In this document: in pieces, positions 37,596 through 47,685 of the stretch
How positions within the stretch are numbered: position 1 is the first letter of the stretch
How the letters are laid out: the number at the start of each line of letters is the position of its first letter
NCBI GenBank assembly: GCA_963665235.2
Contig: CAXXLX010000001.1
Coordinates: forward strand, 1,056,001 to 1,120,000
From: Candidatus Poribacteria bacterium
GTDB taxonomy: Bacteria > Poribacteria > WGA-4E > WGA-3G
Direction: 5' to 3'
Length of the DNA: 64,000 nt
Position numbers and translations under genes: made by a program
Notes under the pieces: generated by a model
What the model saw: the letters and a program-made list of their open reading frames with translations, nothing else
The model's database searches: none
Told to the model about the DNA's origin: nothing

Positions 37596-38798
37596 ATGTA
37601 TACCACAAAATACAAACTTTTTCGTGCCCCGCGTAATCGTAATCTCAAGCGTTTAACGTGGGTGGCCCATGATGTTTGGAACTATTTTTTAGGTTGGCAG
37701 CGGACGCGCTATTCTCTTGGTCTTGCGTATATGTCGCTTCCTGAGATGTCGCGTGCCTTTACCGTCCTTAGGAACTCACATCCTGAAGTGTTTTCGCATT
37801 GGCGTGAGTTAGACTCTTGGGCGGCGCGTGATATACTGCGGCGTTTAGACACCGGGTATCAGCGTTTTTTTAAGTGTATTGCGAAGCGTCCGCCTAAGTT
37901 TCGTTCATGGCGCAAACCGTATTCATTCACAATGTCCCCCTCTGGCTATAGTTTCTATGGTGATAGGGTCCGTATAATGGAAAAACAATATCGGTTTAAT
38001 CTAAGCCGCGAGATAGTAGGTAATATTAAGACAGTCACTATCAAAGCAGATAGCGTTGGTGACTTCTATATGTGTGTTGTAACAGATGACACCGTATCTG
38101 AAATCCTACCTAAGACGGGTAGTGCTGCAGGATATGATTTCGGTATCAAAACGATGTTCACTTGTTCCGATGGCACAGAATATGAGTCTCCTGAGTTCTA
38201 TAAAACCTCTATGGCGGATTTGTCTGTGGCACAACATGCCCATGCTAAGAAAGTAAAGGGTAGCAACAACTGTGAGCGTTCCCGCTTAAATGTGGCGCGC
38301 AAACACCGTAAAATCAAGAGACAACGTGAGGATCATCATTGGAAACTCGCGAAGCGTTTTGTGCATGAACACGATGACCTCTGTTTTGAGACGTTGACTT
38401 TTGAGGGGATGAAACGGTTGTGGGGGTGTCAAGTTTCTGATATTGCGCCCTACTCGTTTCATCAAAAGTTGCAACATCAAGCGGTCAAACACGGTAAAGA
38501 GGTTCACTATATTGACCGTTTTGAACCGACTTCTAAGACTTGTAGCCACTGTGGACAGCGAAAACAGCAGCTGGACTTGTCTGTTCGTCAATGGTGTTGT
38601 TCTACTTGCCATCAGAAACACCATCGTGACGTTAACGCTGCGATAAATATTTTAAAGGTTGGGGCGTCAACCTTTGGATTAGAGGATGTCAGCCTTGCTA
38701 TTGCGAGCAGCCCTCGCAGACTTCACCCGAAGTCTATACCCCACAATCCGCACCAGAAAGCATGGGATTCACTTTCAAAAGAATCCCCCTTGCTTTAG
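37596..38798 (+). CDS. tnpB: RNA-guided endonuclease TnpB
   Basis: GYDFG, LCFETL, SKTCSHCG...CSTC, HRDVNAAINI. Confidence 0.94.
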   Translation: MYTTKYKLFRAPRNRNLKRLTWVAHDVWNYFLGWQRTRYSLGLAYMSLPEMSRAFTVLRNSHPEVFSHWRELDSWAARDILRRLDTGYQRFFKCIAKRPPKFRSWRKPYSFTMSPSGYSFYGDRVRIMEKQYRFNLSREIVGNIKTVTIKADSVGDFYMCVVTDDTVSEILPKTGSAAGYDFGIKTMFTCSDGTEYESPEFYKTSMADLSVAQHAHAKKVKGSNNCERSRLNVARKHRKIKRQREDHHWKLAKRFVHEHDDLCFETLTFEGMKRLWGCQVSDIAPYSFHQKLQHQAVKHGKEVHYIDRFEPTSKTCSHCGQRKQQLDLSVRQWCCSTCHQKHHRDVNAAINILKVGASTFGLEDVSLAIASSPRRLHPKSIPHNPHQKAWDSLSKESPLL

Positions 38799-38877
38799 CT
38801 GGGGGAGTATGTCAATATATAAAAAGACGAGGCAGACAATCCATGCTGGTATCAAAACATAAAAGGAGTAGGCGATT

Positions 38878-39897
38878 ATGGCAGGAAAACTGAAAGTAGC
38901 AGCAGTCGGTTGCGGCGGTATTGGATATTTACACCAACAAGGATATCTCCAACACCCAGGAGCGGAATTGGTTGCGGTTTGCGATATAGATGCTGCCAAG
39001 GCAGAAGCGCGTGCAAACGAGCTCGGTGTCCCTAACTGGTATCCCTCCGTTAAAGAGATGCTCGCCAACGAGCCTTGCGACCTCGTTGACGTCGTAACAG
39101 CCGACCACTTGCACTTTGAACCCGTAATGGAATGCCTTGAAGCCGGAAAACACGTCATTTCCGAAAAACCGCTCTCCCTCTCTATCGACGAGGCGGAACA
39201 GATGGTCGCCAAAGCCGACGAGAAAGGCGTACACCTCGCAATAGATTACAATCGCAGGTTCGCACCGGGGTACGTACAGGCACGGAAATGGTTCGACGCA
39301 GGGGCTATCGGGCAAACCTATTATCTGGATATGAAGTTATCACAAGGGGGACCCGCCTCGACATGGAAAGGCGAGTACTACCTCCTATACGAATTGGAAA
39401 CTCACGCCATTGACATCCTGCGATGGTTCGGCGGTGAAATTGTCGGCGTTTGCGCAGAAATGGCAAAACCCAGAAAACATGAAGCACGCGAAGGTGAAGA
39501 CGCTTGCTATACAAGCATGGCAATCGCCGTACGATATGAGACAGAAGCCGTGGCAACCCTAATGGCAAGCTGGGATAGCGACTTCATTCATCCCATCGAA
39601 CGCTTAGAAATCTGCGGCTCCGCTGGCGAAATTGTTGTCGACAACGTCCTCAGCCGTGCAACTTTAATGAAACGCGAAAACCAGGTCGTTGAAGAATACC
39701 GACCCTCTATCTTTCGCATGGAACAACTCGCCTTCGATGGCACCTTTGCCCTCCGAATGGCCGCCCTAGTGGATGACCTGCTTGAAGACCGCCCACCTGA
39801 ACCTACAGGACGAGACGGTTTACAAGCACTGCGCGTTACAGAAGCTATCGTTCAATCATGGAAAGAAAGGCGAGAAGTCGAAGTTAAACTCGATTAA
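38878..39897 (+). CDS. Gfo/Idh/MocA family oxidoreductase
   Basis: VGCGGIG, GKHVISEKP, NRRF. Confidence 0.9.
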   Translation: MAGKLKVAAVGCGGIGYLHQQGYLQHPGAELVAVCDIDAAKAEARANELGVPNWYPSVKEMLANEPCDLVDVVTADHLHFEPVMECLEAGKHVISEKPLSLSIDEAEQMVAKADEKGVHLAIDYNRRFAPGYVQARKWFDAGAIGQTYYLDMKLSQGGPASTWKGEYYLLYELETHAIDILRWFGGEIVGVCAEMAKPRKHEAREGEDACYTSMAIAVRYETEAVATLMASWDSDFIHPIERLEICGSAGEIVVDNVLSRATLMKRENQVVEEYRPSIFRMEQLAFDGTFALRMAALVDDLLEDRPPEPTGRDGLQALRVTEAIVQSWKERREVEVKLD

Positions 39898-39906
39898 CGG
39901 CAAAAA

Positions 39907-40040
39907 TCTTAGTCCCAGTATTCGGGCAAACAGCCCGCTCTTCAAGGACGATATCTTTATAGAAAACCTATAACACCAAAACGCTTAGTCCCAGTATTCG
40001 GGCAAACAGCCCGCTCTTCAAGGACGATATCTTTATAGAG
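39907..40040. repeat. Two copies of a loop-expanded REP-like unit
   Basis: CTTAGTCCC-AGTATTCGGGCAAACAGCCCGCTCTTCAA-GGACGATATCTTTATAGA twice; insert motif also near 14537, 42520 and 45025. Confidence 0.85.
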
Positions 40041-40049
40041 GATAAAATT

Positions 40050-41933
40050 TTGAAGGCATTACCATTTACAGATATTACAATTACCGACCGTTTTTGGGCA
40101 CCTCGGCAAGCCACAAACGCAGCCGTAACCATCCCCCATGAAATTGAACAGTGTCGCACAACCGGTAGGATTGATAATTTCGCAAAAGCCGCCGGCCTGA
40201 TGGACGGAAATTTTGAAGGTATTTTCTTCAACGACTCAGATGTCCACAAATTGGTCGAAGCCGCTGCCTATACGTTACGCACACATCCAAACCCACAGTG
40301 GGAATCCGACTTAGACGACATTATCGACAAAATCGCTAAAAGTCAACAACCGGATGGCTATCTGAATTCCTACTTTACGTTAGTTGAGCCGCAGAAGCGA
40401 TGGCAAAACCTCGGCATGATGCATGAGCTCTACTGCGCCGGACATCTGTTCGAAGCGGGTGTCGCGCACTATCAAGCCACCGGCAAAGACAAGCTCCTAG
40501 ATGTCGCCTGTCAATTCGCCACGCTCATTGACAACACCTTCGGACACGGCAAACGGGATGGACTACCAGGGCACCAAGGCATCGAACTCGCCTTAGTGAA
40601 ACTAGCACGTGTAACAGGAGAGGCGCGTTACATGTCCCTCGCCGAATACTTCATTACCAAACGGGGACATTCCCCATCCGTTTTTGAACGAGAATTGGAA
40701 AATCCTGACCTCCCCGGAGGACTCGGAGCGTATAAACACCACTATACGCGAGATGATAAATATGAGGGAACGTATTCACAAGCGCATCTGCCGATACAGG
40801 AACAGACTGAGTGTGTCGGGCATGCGGTACGAGCCATGTACCTCTATGCTGGTGCCGCCGATATCGCCTATGAAACGGGAGACACCGACATTACGAAGGC
40901 ACTTGACGCACTGTGGCAGAACGTTGAAAAACGGTTATATATCACCGGCGGTGTCGGCCCGTCTGGACACAATGAAGGGTTCACAAAGGATTACGAATTG
41001 CCGAATTTCTCCGCTTATGCAGAGACATGCGCCTCAATCGGGTTGATATTTTGGGCACATCGGATGTTTCTGTTGAAAGGCGAGTCCCGTTTCGTGGATG
41101 TATTAGAGACAGCACTTTACAACGGCGCACTTTCCGGAGTTTCACTTGATGGCAAAGGATTCTTTTATCAAAACCCATTAGCCAGCCGCGGCGGAAGACA
41201 TCGACATCCTTGGTTCGGATGTGCTTGTTGCCCACCCAATATCGCACGGTTGCTCGGCTCCCTAGGGCAGTACATCTACGCACATACTGATAAAGCACTG
41301 TGGGTTAATCTCTATGTTGGCAGTACCGCCTCCACCACCGTAACAGGAAATATCCCCGTGAAATTGACACAGGAGACCGATTATCCGTGGGCAGGCGATG
41401 TCAAGATAACGGTTCAGCCGGAAACCCCCGCAACATTCAGCCTGAATTTGCGGATTCCGAGCTGGTGCGACAACTTTGACGTGAGCATCAACGGAGAAGC
41501 TTACAGAGCCCAAGCAGTCCCTAACGGTTACCTGACAATTGACAGGCAATGGCACGCTAACGACACGGTAGAATTGAACATGGCCATGCCGATAGAACGT
41601 ATACATGCCCACCCACTTGTTAGGGAAAACCTCGGGCGGTATGCACTGCAACGTGGCCCACTCGTCTACTGTTTTGAGGATATTGACAACCCCGATGGCA
41701 ATTTTGAAACACTCTCTCTGGGAGATGATGCATCTTTGGATGTCGTATTTGACGGTGAACTCCTTGGTGGTATCACGCGCCTACGTGGCACCGGCACAGT
41801 GTTCAACGCCGAGCAGTGGCAGAATAGCCTCTATCTTTCCAAACCGAGTGCTAAACAGATGGATGTCACAGCTATTCCCTACTATGCCTGGTGCAACCGG
41901 GGTGCAGGGCAGATGGCCGTATGGATACTTTGA
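40050..41933 (+). CDS. GH127 beta-L-arabinofuranosidase-like glycoside hydrolase
   Basis: HELYCAGH, GHAVRAMY, YAETCASIG, CACCPPN, IPYYAWCNRG. Confidence 0.93.
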   Translation: MKALPFTDITITDRFWAPRQATNAAVTIPHEIEQCRTTGRIDNFAKAAGLMDGNFEGIFFNDSDVHKLVEAAAYTLRTHPNPQWESDLDDIIDKIAKSQQPDGYLNSYFTLVEPQKRWQNLGMMHELYCAGHLFEAGVAHYQATGKDKLLDVACQFATLIDNTFGHGKRDGLPGHQGIELALVKLARVTGEARYMSLAEYFITKRGHSPSVFERELENPDLPGGLGAYKHHYTRDDKYEGTYSQAHLPIQEQTECVGHAVRAMYLYAGAADIAYETGDTDITKALDALWQNVEKRLYITGGVGPSGHNEGFTKDYELPNFSAYAETCASIGLIFWAHRMFLLKGESRFVDVLETALYNGALSGVSLDGKGFFYQNPLASRGGRHRHPWFGCACCPPNIARLLGSLGQYIYAHTDKALWVNLYVGSTASTTVTGNIPVKLTQETDYPWAGDVKITVQPETPATFSLNLRIPSWCDNFDVSINGEAYRAQAVPNGYLTIDRQWHANDTVELNMAMPIERIHAHPLVRENLGRYALQRGPLVYCFEDIDNPDGNFETLSLGDDASLDVVFDGELLGGITRLRGTGTVFNAEQWQNSLYLSKPSAKQMDVTAIPYYAWCNRGAGQMAVWIL

Positions 41934-41956
41934 ACTCGTCACAAGAAGGAACAGAT

Positions 41957-42499
41957 ATGAGATTAATAGCATTACCGTGCATCCTTATCCTTTGCGCAGC
42001 CATCCTATTTACCGGGTGTCCCGAACAGACGAAACAACCGATTACAGATATAATTACGCCATCCCCGCCGAGCTCTCTACAAAAGGCTACAGAGGCGATA
42101 GAACGTGTCAATCAGAGACGAACAGCCACATATCAAAAGGCGGAAGCCGCAGGCGACTTCTCCACCGTATTTATCGACTCTGAAATTATCCTCAGAGAAG
42201 AACTCGATTTTCAAAAGGGGTTTTGGGTCGAATTAGTGGACATTTATCGCAAAGAAAATTCTGAAAATTCGGAGGTAGTGGCAGGATTTAACGGCCTACA
42301 AACGGTTTTCGCTCAAAAATTGGAAGCAGGCACGCTCGGCATGTTTTACTTCGAATACATCAAAATTTTCGACCCGTTAATTGTCGAATATCTCCGGTTG
42401 TCCTATGAATTTCCCAATCAGAACGCAGAGGCCCTTCTGATAAAATACCGAGACTCCATTCGCAATCAAAAAGTGACCATAGTATTTCCTGAAAGTTAA
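41957..42499 (+). CDS. Hypothetical lipoprotein
   Basis: Signal peptide with FTGC lipobox; AAGGA upstream. Confidence 0.7.
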   Translation: MRLIALPCILILCAAILFTGCPEQTKQPITDIITPSPPSSLQKATEAIERVNQRRTATYQKAEAAGDFSTVFIDSEIILREELDFQKGFWVELVDIYRKENSENSEVVAGFNGLQTVFAQKLEAGTLGMFYFEYIKIFDPLIVEYLRLSYEFPNQNAEALLIKYRDSIRNQKVTIVFPES

Positions 42500-42714
42500 G
42501 AAAATCTAGCAGGAGCCTCAGTATTCGGGCAAACAACCCGCTCTTCTGGGCGGGGTCCCCCCGCCCGCTAGGTCCCCCTTTAAATCCCACTATCATGAGG
42601 ACGCTGCATGTTGGCCGAAAACCGCAAAAATTCTATATTATGAAAAATTGCCGAAAACCGCAATATAAAATTCTATATTACGAAAAATTTTTAAAAATCG
42701 TAATATAAAATTCT

Positions 42715-42808
42715 TAGGACTTACGCACTCCCCCCCGCCTGCGGGGGGGTAGGGGGGGGTAAACCCCTGCGAAAACCCGAGAAATCTGTTCTATTTGCGT
42801 AAGTCCTG
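42715..42808. mobile_element. 94-bp MITE with AGGACTTACGCA terminal inverted repeats and ATTCT target duplication
   Basis: TIRs at 42715-42727 and 42796-42808; uninterrupted site AAAATTCTATATTA present in adjacent tandem repeat units. Confidence 0.82.
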
Positions 42809-42916
42809 ATTCTATATTAACCCATTCATCCTTCCAATCTTCCACCTATCCCTTTGACCAGAACGTTACACACCTAAAATTGTCCAAAGTTGAGTATAGG
42901 GTAGCTACATCATATT

Positions 42917-44800
42917 TTATCGATGGAACCTCCGCTCCAGCTCATCGCGTCCCATTTCAACGATGATAGGACGTGAGTGCGGACAATTGAAAGGAAGTTT
43001 CGTCTCCGATAACTCTCGGACAAGGTTAATCATCTCCTTCGTGTCCAATGTGTCCCCCGCCTTAACAGCGGACCGACATGCGAGCGTTATCAGCGCGTTA
43101 TCAAGAGCCTCCGGTATTTCCACATCCGTATGCGGTTGCTCAGGAAGTTTATCAAGTAGGTCCGTGACCGTCTCCGCGGTAGTTCGGGTCGGCAGTATAG
43201 ACGGAATCGCCCGAATTAGTATAGTGTTCCCGCCGAACTCCTCCAGCTCAAATCCGAGTTTTTTGAAAAGCGCCTCATGTGCCTTGAAGATTGCAACTTG
43301 TTGCGGTGTAGCCTCCAAGGTAACAGGAAGCATCAACCCTTGCACAGGAATACCATCCTCCGCCAATTGGTTCACGAAACGTTCGTAAAGTACACGTTCC
43401 GCGGCAACGTGTTGGTCAATAAAGAAAACCTTATCCTCTCCCTCAGCGACAATATAGGTTTTGAAGAGATTCGTCTTCAGTTCAACCGTATCAAAATCGA
43501 GCAATTTGAGCATCGCACCTTCAGGAATCGGTTGCTGCGGCGGTTGCACCACAGCACCAGTACCCTCAGGTGTTTGTGCTGTTTCCTCCGCCTCTATCTT
43601 TTGCGTAGCTGCTTCCGTCCGGTCAGGCGTTTCCGTAGTAGAAGCGTGACTTTCCTGTGGAGCCTCCGTTTCATCAGTTGTCTCACTCGGTTGTGGTCGG
43701 GGTATAGGTGTTGTAGGTCGCTGCTCGGTGCTGGTAGGCCGGTGTTCAACCGTGCGCTGTTCACCAGTGGATTGTGATGTATCAATAGACGTTTCTATTT
43801 TCGGAATATACTTCTGTTTATGAATGACACTCCGAAGCATCCGGACGAGCCCGCTATAAATCATCCGTTCGTTCCGAAACCGCACCTCAATTTTGGCGGG
43901 GTGGACATTCACATCTACTGTATTAGGCTCCAACGTTAGAAAAAGCAGGGCGATAGCATGTCGGTCCTTCGAGATAACAGCCCCAAGGGCCTCCGTGAGT
44001 GCCGCCCCAATGATACGACTACGAATCGGCCGCTGATTCAGGAAAAAGAGTTGATACTCCCGATTAGCCTTAGTAAATTCAGGTTTACCGAGAAAACCGA
44101 ACAGCTGCAAATCCGGCAGCTCCTCTTCAAACTTGATGAGGTTGTCAGCGAATTCTTTGCCATATAAGAGCTGCACACGCTCCAGATGCGAATCGCAAGC
44201 GCGTACATCTATAACCGACCTCCCGTTATGTGATAACGAAAATTGAATCTTCGGATGTGCAAGCGCAGCCCACGTCACCTGATTCGTGATATGGTTCACC
44301 TCAGTCGTGTCCGTCTTGAGGAACTTGAGCCGGGCAGGCACATTATAAAAGAGATTGTTAATAGACATGTGTGTGCCGGGGGAACATCCACTCTCCTGAA
44401 CGGAGCGAAAAACGCCCCCTTCAACATTCACCTTCGTCCCCTCTATAGCATCAGCAGTGCGGGTCAGCAGCTCAAACTGTGAGACAGAGGCAATGCTTGC
44501 CAACGCTTCGCCTCGGAAACCGAAAGTTTGAACGTTTTCAAGGTCTTCCACGCGTGTAACCTTGCTAGTGGCGTGCCGTTCTAAAGCGAGGAGTGCATCT
44601 TCGCGTTCCATACCGACCCCGTTATCGGAGACACGGATAAGGCGTTTACCGCCTGCGCGAATCTCAACGCGGATGTTTGTGCTTTCCGCGTCTATCGCGT
44701 TCTCTATAAGTTCTTTGACAACAGATGCCGGCCGTTCAACGACTTCGCCAGCCGCAATTTTGTTAGCAACATCTGCGGTAAGTATTTTAATTTTTGGCAT
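42917..44800 (-). CDS. mutL: DNA mismatch repair endonuclease MutL
   Basis: IAAGEVVERP, ELIENAIDA, GFRGEAL, DVNVHP, DQHVAAERVLYE, CPHSRP. Confidence 0.97.
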   Translation of the reverse strand: MPKIKILTADVANKIAAGEVVERPASVVKELIENAIDAESTNIRVEIRAGGKRLIRVSDNGVGMEREDALLALERHATSKVTRVEDLENVQTFGFRGEALASIASVSQFELLTRTADAIEGTKVNVEGGVFRSVQESGCSPGTHMSINNLFYNVPARLKFLKTDTTEVNHITNQVTWAALAHPKIQFSLSHNGRSVIDVRACDSHLERVQLLYGKEFADNLIKFEEELPDLQLFGFLGKPEFTKANREYQLFFLNQRPIRSRIIGAALTEALGAVISKDRHAIALLFLTLEPNTVDVNVHPAKIEVRFRNERMIYSGLVRMLRSVIHKQKYIPKIETSIDTSQSTGEQRTVEHRPTSTEQRPTTPIPRPQPSETTDETEAPQESHASTTETPDRTEAATQKIEAEETAQTPEGTGAVVQPPQQPIPEGAMLKLLDFDTVELKTNLFKTYIVAEGEDKVFFIDQHVAAERVLYERFVNQLAEDGIPVQGLMLPVTLEATPQQVAIFKAHEALFKKLGFELEEFGGNTILIRAIPSILPTRTTAETVTDLLDKLPEQPHTDVEIPEALDNALITLACRSAVKAGDTLDTKEMINLVRELSETKLPFNCPHSRPIIVEMGRDELERRFHR

Positions 44801-44996
44801 GTATTTCTTAAAAACCCTATTCTTTGAAAATAGAGCCCTTTCCTTATGTATGTATGTGATAGTGCGGAGCGAGGCTAAAGAACAGAGCCCCCGCCCTCCA
44901 AATCCGGTTATCTTATTTCACAAAACAGGTATTTCCAATGTCTATTTTAACACAATCTATCCAAAAATGCAAGTGGGTGTGTAAAGTTTTTGTACT

Positions 44997-45162
44997 AACG
45001 TGAGTTTGGAAAAAGTTTTCCCTTAGTATTCCGGCAACCAGCTCGCTCCTTAGGAACGCTATCTTTATAGAAGCAGAGGGACACGCCCCAAATCTTAGTC
45101 CCATCGGGACGATACCTTTATAGGGGTTAGTGCAAACCGACATTTATTATCAAACTCACGTT
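44997..45162. mobile_element. MITE with AACGTGAGTTTG terminal inverted repeats carrying REP-like hairpins
   Basis: Perfect 12-bp TIRs; flanks GTACT/GCACT. Confidence 0.75.
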
Positions 45163-45394
45163 GCACTATGATAAATGGAAGGGTGGAAGGGTGGAGCGGG
45201 GCAGGGTGGATTTCGCGTGTGTTGTCTGAATGCACGTCGCATTTGGGCGAGGATGCCGCAAAGTGCGGTGGACACAGCGGACACAGCGGACGCGGAAAAA
45301 AGAGGTTTGTTGCTAACATCTACGCATTTTTTGCTGAATCAAGGAAGGTGCGGAGGACGCGGCGGAGGCGGAAAGAAGCGGGGTTTGGGTAACA

Positions 45395-45478
45395 TCTATA
45401 ACCATATCGCCCCGCTGGGGCTATTTTGTGTTTTGTTTGGGTTTTCTATAAAGATACCGCCCCGCTGGGGCTAAGAGC
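45395..45478. repeat. Two-unit REP-like array (GCCCC-gct-GGGGC)
   Basis: CTATAA....A..GCCCCGCTGGGGCTA twice; same architecture as the 50-bp array unit. Confidence 0.7.
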
Positions 45479-45650
45479 GGACTGTTCCCCTCAAGTTACG
45501 TTAGGAGGTCGCGTGCGAAGCAGGTTTCTACATAAGATGAATGTCGGGATTCCAGACAGGTCGAGGGGTGCCAGTCGCGTGCGAAGCACACTCCTACATA
45601 AGACATCGGACTGTTTGTACAAAAACTTTACACACCCGTAAAGTTTTTTC

Positions 45651-45679
45651 TTGACATTCACACAAATTTCTGGTATCAT
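45651..45679 (+). promoter_or_regulatory. Sigma70-type promoter
   Basis: TTGACA-17 nt-TATCAT upstream of the ATG at 45717. Confidence 0.65.
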
Positions 45680-45716
45680 GTTTCTATATCTATAATTCCA
45701 GTTTCGTAGGAATACC

Positions 45717-47684
45717 ATGCAGAACATTAATCCTCTATTTCCATTAATCCGTTTCGTCCTACTGTTTCTGCTCTGTGCAAGTCTTGCCTACAGTCAGGAG
45801 TATGTTATCGTAGACCGTGAAAACGGTGATAGGCTCACCGGAATTTGGCGCGGTGCAACTGAAACCCATTTCAATATTGAATACAACGGACAGGTTTTAA
45901 CGTTCCCGCTGGAAGGCGTTACGCTCAATTTCACGTCAAACCTACAAAATGTTCCGGACCAGAACTCCGAAAAACATTTTCGCAACGGACTTGACCTATT
46001 AACGTTAGAATTCCCCGAATTAGCGAAACGGAAGTTTGAAGCTGCCCTAGAGGAATTTCCAAACCACGCCAACGCCCATTATCAACTCGGTTTACTGCTA
46101 AAGGTTGATGGACAGATAGACGAGGCTCTGAAACATTTCCGCTCAGTGGCGAAAATAGACGCAAAGAATTTTGACCTTGTACCGCTGCTCAAGGAAATCG
46201 GTGACGATGCCCTTACGACAGAGGCGTACGTTCAAGCTGTCAACGCCTACCTGCTAATCTTAATCCATTACCCTGAGCATGAATCCGTTGAAATGCTCAG
46301 CTACCAAACAGGTTTTCTGCTCTCCGAAAAATTAGATAACCCTGAAGCAAGCTTGGAACTGCTTGAAAAAGCGATTACGCAATTTCCGGATGCCTACGAA
46401 CAGGAGAAAGCCGTTTACCAGATTGGAACGTTACAGGCCGAAATAGGCAAACCTGAAAATGCCCTGCATACCCTGGAAAACCTTGTCAGACTCTACCCCG
46501 ATGGTGAATGGGTCGATGATGCGCACTTGAAACGTGCAATTATCTATCTCCACCTCGGGGACAATGAAAAAGCCAGCGAGGAAGCCACCCTTGTGCGAAA
46601 TATGACCGAAGACACCTTCTTAAAGGAGCAAGCCCGGAAAGTATTAGAAGAGAGCGCCTGGGATGTCTACACAAATGGATTGCCCGACACCCAAATTCAG
46701 GCAATTGCCGTAGATGGCACATCCCTCTGGATAGGCACACCGCAAGGGATAGCACAAATCGAAACTGACAACGCCAGCGGTTGGGAAGTGAATGAAGGGG
46801 CTGCTTGGCAGATTAACAATCATTTGCCAGTCGTACCGGATGTCACAACTATTGCTGTTAGTGCATCCGAAATTTGGGTCGGCACCCGAAATCAGGGTAT
46901 TCTCTATTATGACAGAAAAACGACTGAAGTAAAAAATTACGCGCTCACCGAAAATTTACGCAACGCATGGATCCGAGACATCAAGATGGATAAAAGCGAA
47001 ATCTGGTTCGCTACCGAGGCGGGAGTCGTTCGATGGATGCGTGAGAGCGGGACGACGCTGCACTACCATGCAAGCAACAGCCCGGTTCCAAATAATATTC
47101 ACACATTGGCACTCACACCAGAAACGGTGTGGATAGGCACATCTGGTAACAATATCGCTATCTTTGACCGGGAATTCGAAATCTGGAATCCTTACAAATC
47201 CACCGAAATTGCCCCGGAAACCCAGATTGTCAAATTCAGCGTCGTTGACGAAAAATTGTTTTTAACCTGGTTCAATACAGAAAACAGGGAGAACGGTTAT
47301 TTTCAATCAGACTGGGATGGTGCGCGGGGTGTTTCTTTCACAATATCAAGCGGCAGTGACGCAAAAACAGTGTTAGATAACATTTACATCACAGGTATTG
47401 TCGATACAACGGAAGTGCAACCGCCTCCGCCACCGGTTCCAGCAGATGAGGAAACTCAACCGCCCCCGGAACCGCAAACGCCGCTGGTCCTGTGGCTTGC
47501 TACAAACGACTATCTGGCTATCCAGCACACCCGCTCCGAGGCATGGGACGACAACATCGGATATCCAAAGATAGTATTGGAGGACTCAACGCTTCAGTGT
47601 ATTGTCCTCAACAAAGACCGGGTATGGATAGGCACAACAAACGGCATCGCAACAATAGACGAAAAAACACTGAAAACAAAATAG
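45717..47684 (+). CDS. Secreted TPR protein with C-terminal beta-propeller
   Basis: Signal peptide, TPR helices (AHYQLG, YP...), repeated (L/I/V)W(I/V/F)(G/A)T blades. Confidence 0.8.
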   Translation: MQNINPLFPLIRFVLLFLLCASLAYSQEYVIVDRENGDRLTGIWRGATETHFNIEYNGQVLTFPLEGVTLNFTSNLQNVPDQNSEKHFRNGLDLLTLEFPELAKRKFEAALEEFPNHANAHYQLGLLLKVDGQIDEALKHFRSVAKIDAKNFDLVPLLKEIGDDALTTEAYVQAVNAYLLILIHYPEHESVEMLSYQTGFLLSEKLDNPEASLELLEKAITQFPDAYEQEKAVYQIGTLQAEIGKPENALHTLENLVRLYPDGEWVDDAHLKRAIIYLHLGDNEKASEEATLVRNMTEDTFLKEQARKVLEESAWDVYTNGLPDTQIQAIAVDGTSLWIGTPQGIAQIETDNASGWEVNEGAAWQINNHLPVVPDVTTIAVSASEIWVGTRNQGILYYDRKTTEVKNYALTENLRNAWIRDIKMDKSEIWFATEAGVVRWMRESGTTLHYHASNSPVPNNIHTLALTPETVWIGTSGNNIAIFDREFEIWNPYKSTEIAPETQIVKFSVVDEKLFLTWFNTENRENGYFQSDWDGARGVSFTISSGSDAKTVLDNIYITGIVDTTEVQPPPPPVPADEETQPPPEPQTPLVLWLATNDYLAIQHTRSEAWDDNIGYPKIVLEDSTLQCIVLNKDRVWIGTTNGIATIDEKTLKTK

Positions 47685-47685
47685 A

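Larger units (their letters stand above)
37403..38815 (+). mobile_element. IS200/IS605-family tnpB-only element
   Basis: CCCCC-(A/T)TGCTTTAGCT-GGGGG hairpins at both ends; target TTAT; right guide GAAT with end TCAA. Confidence 0.88.
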
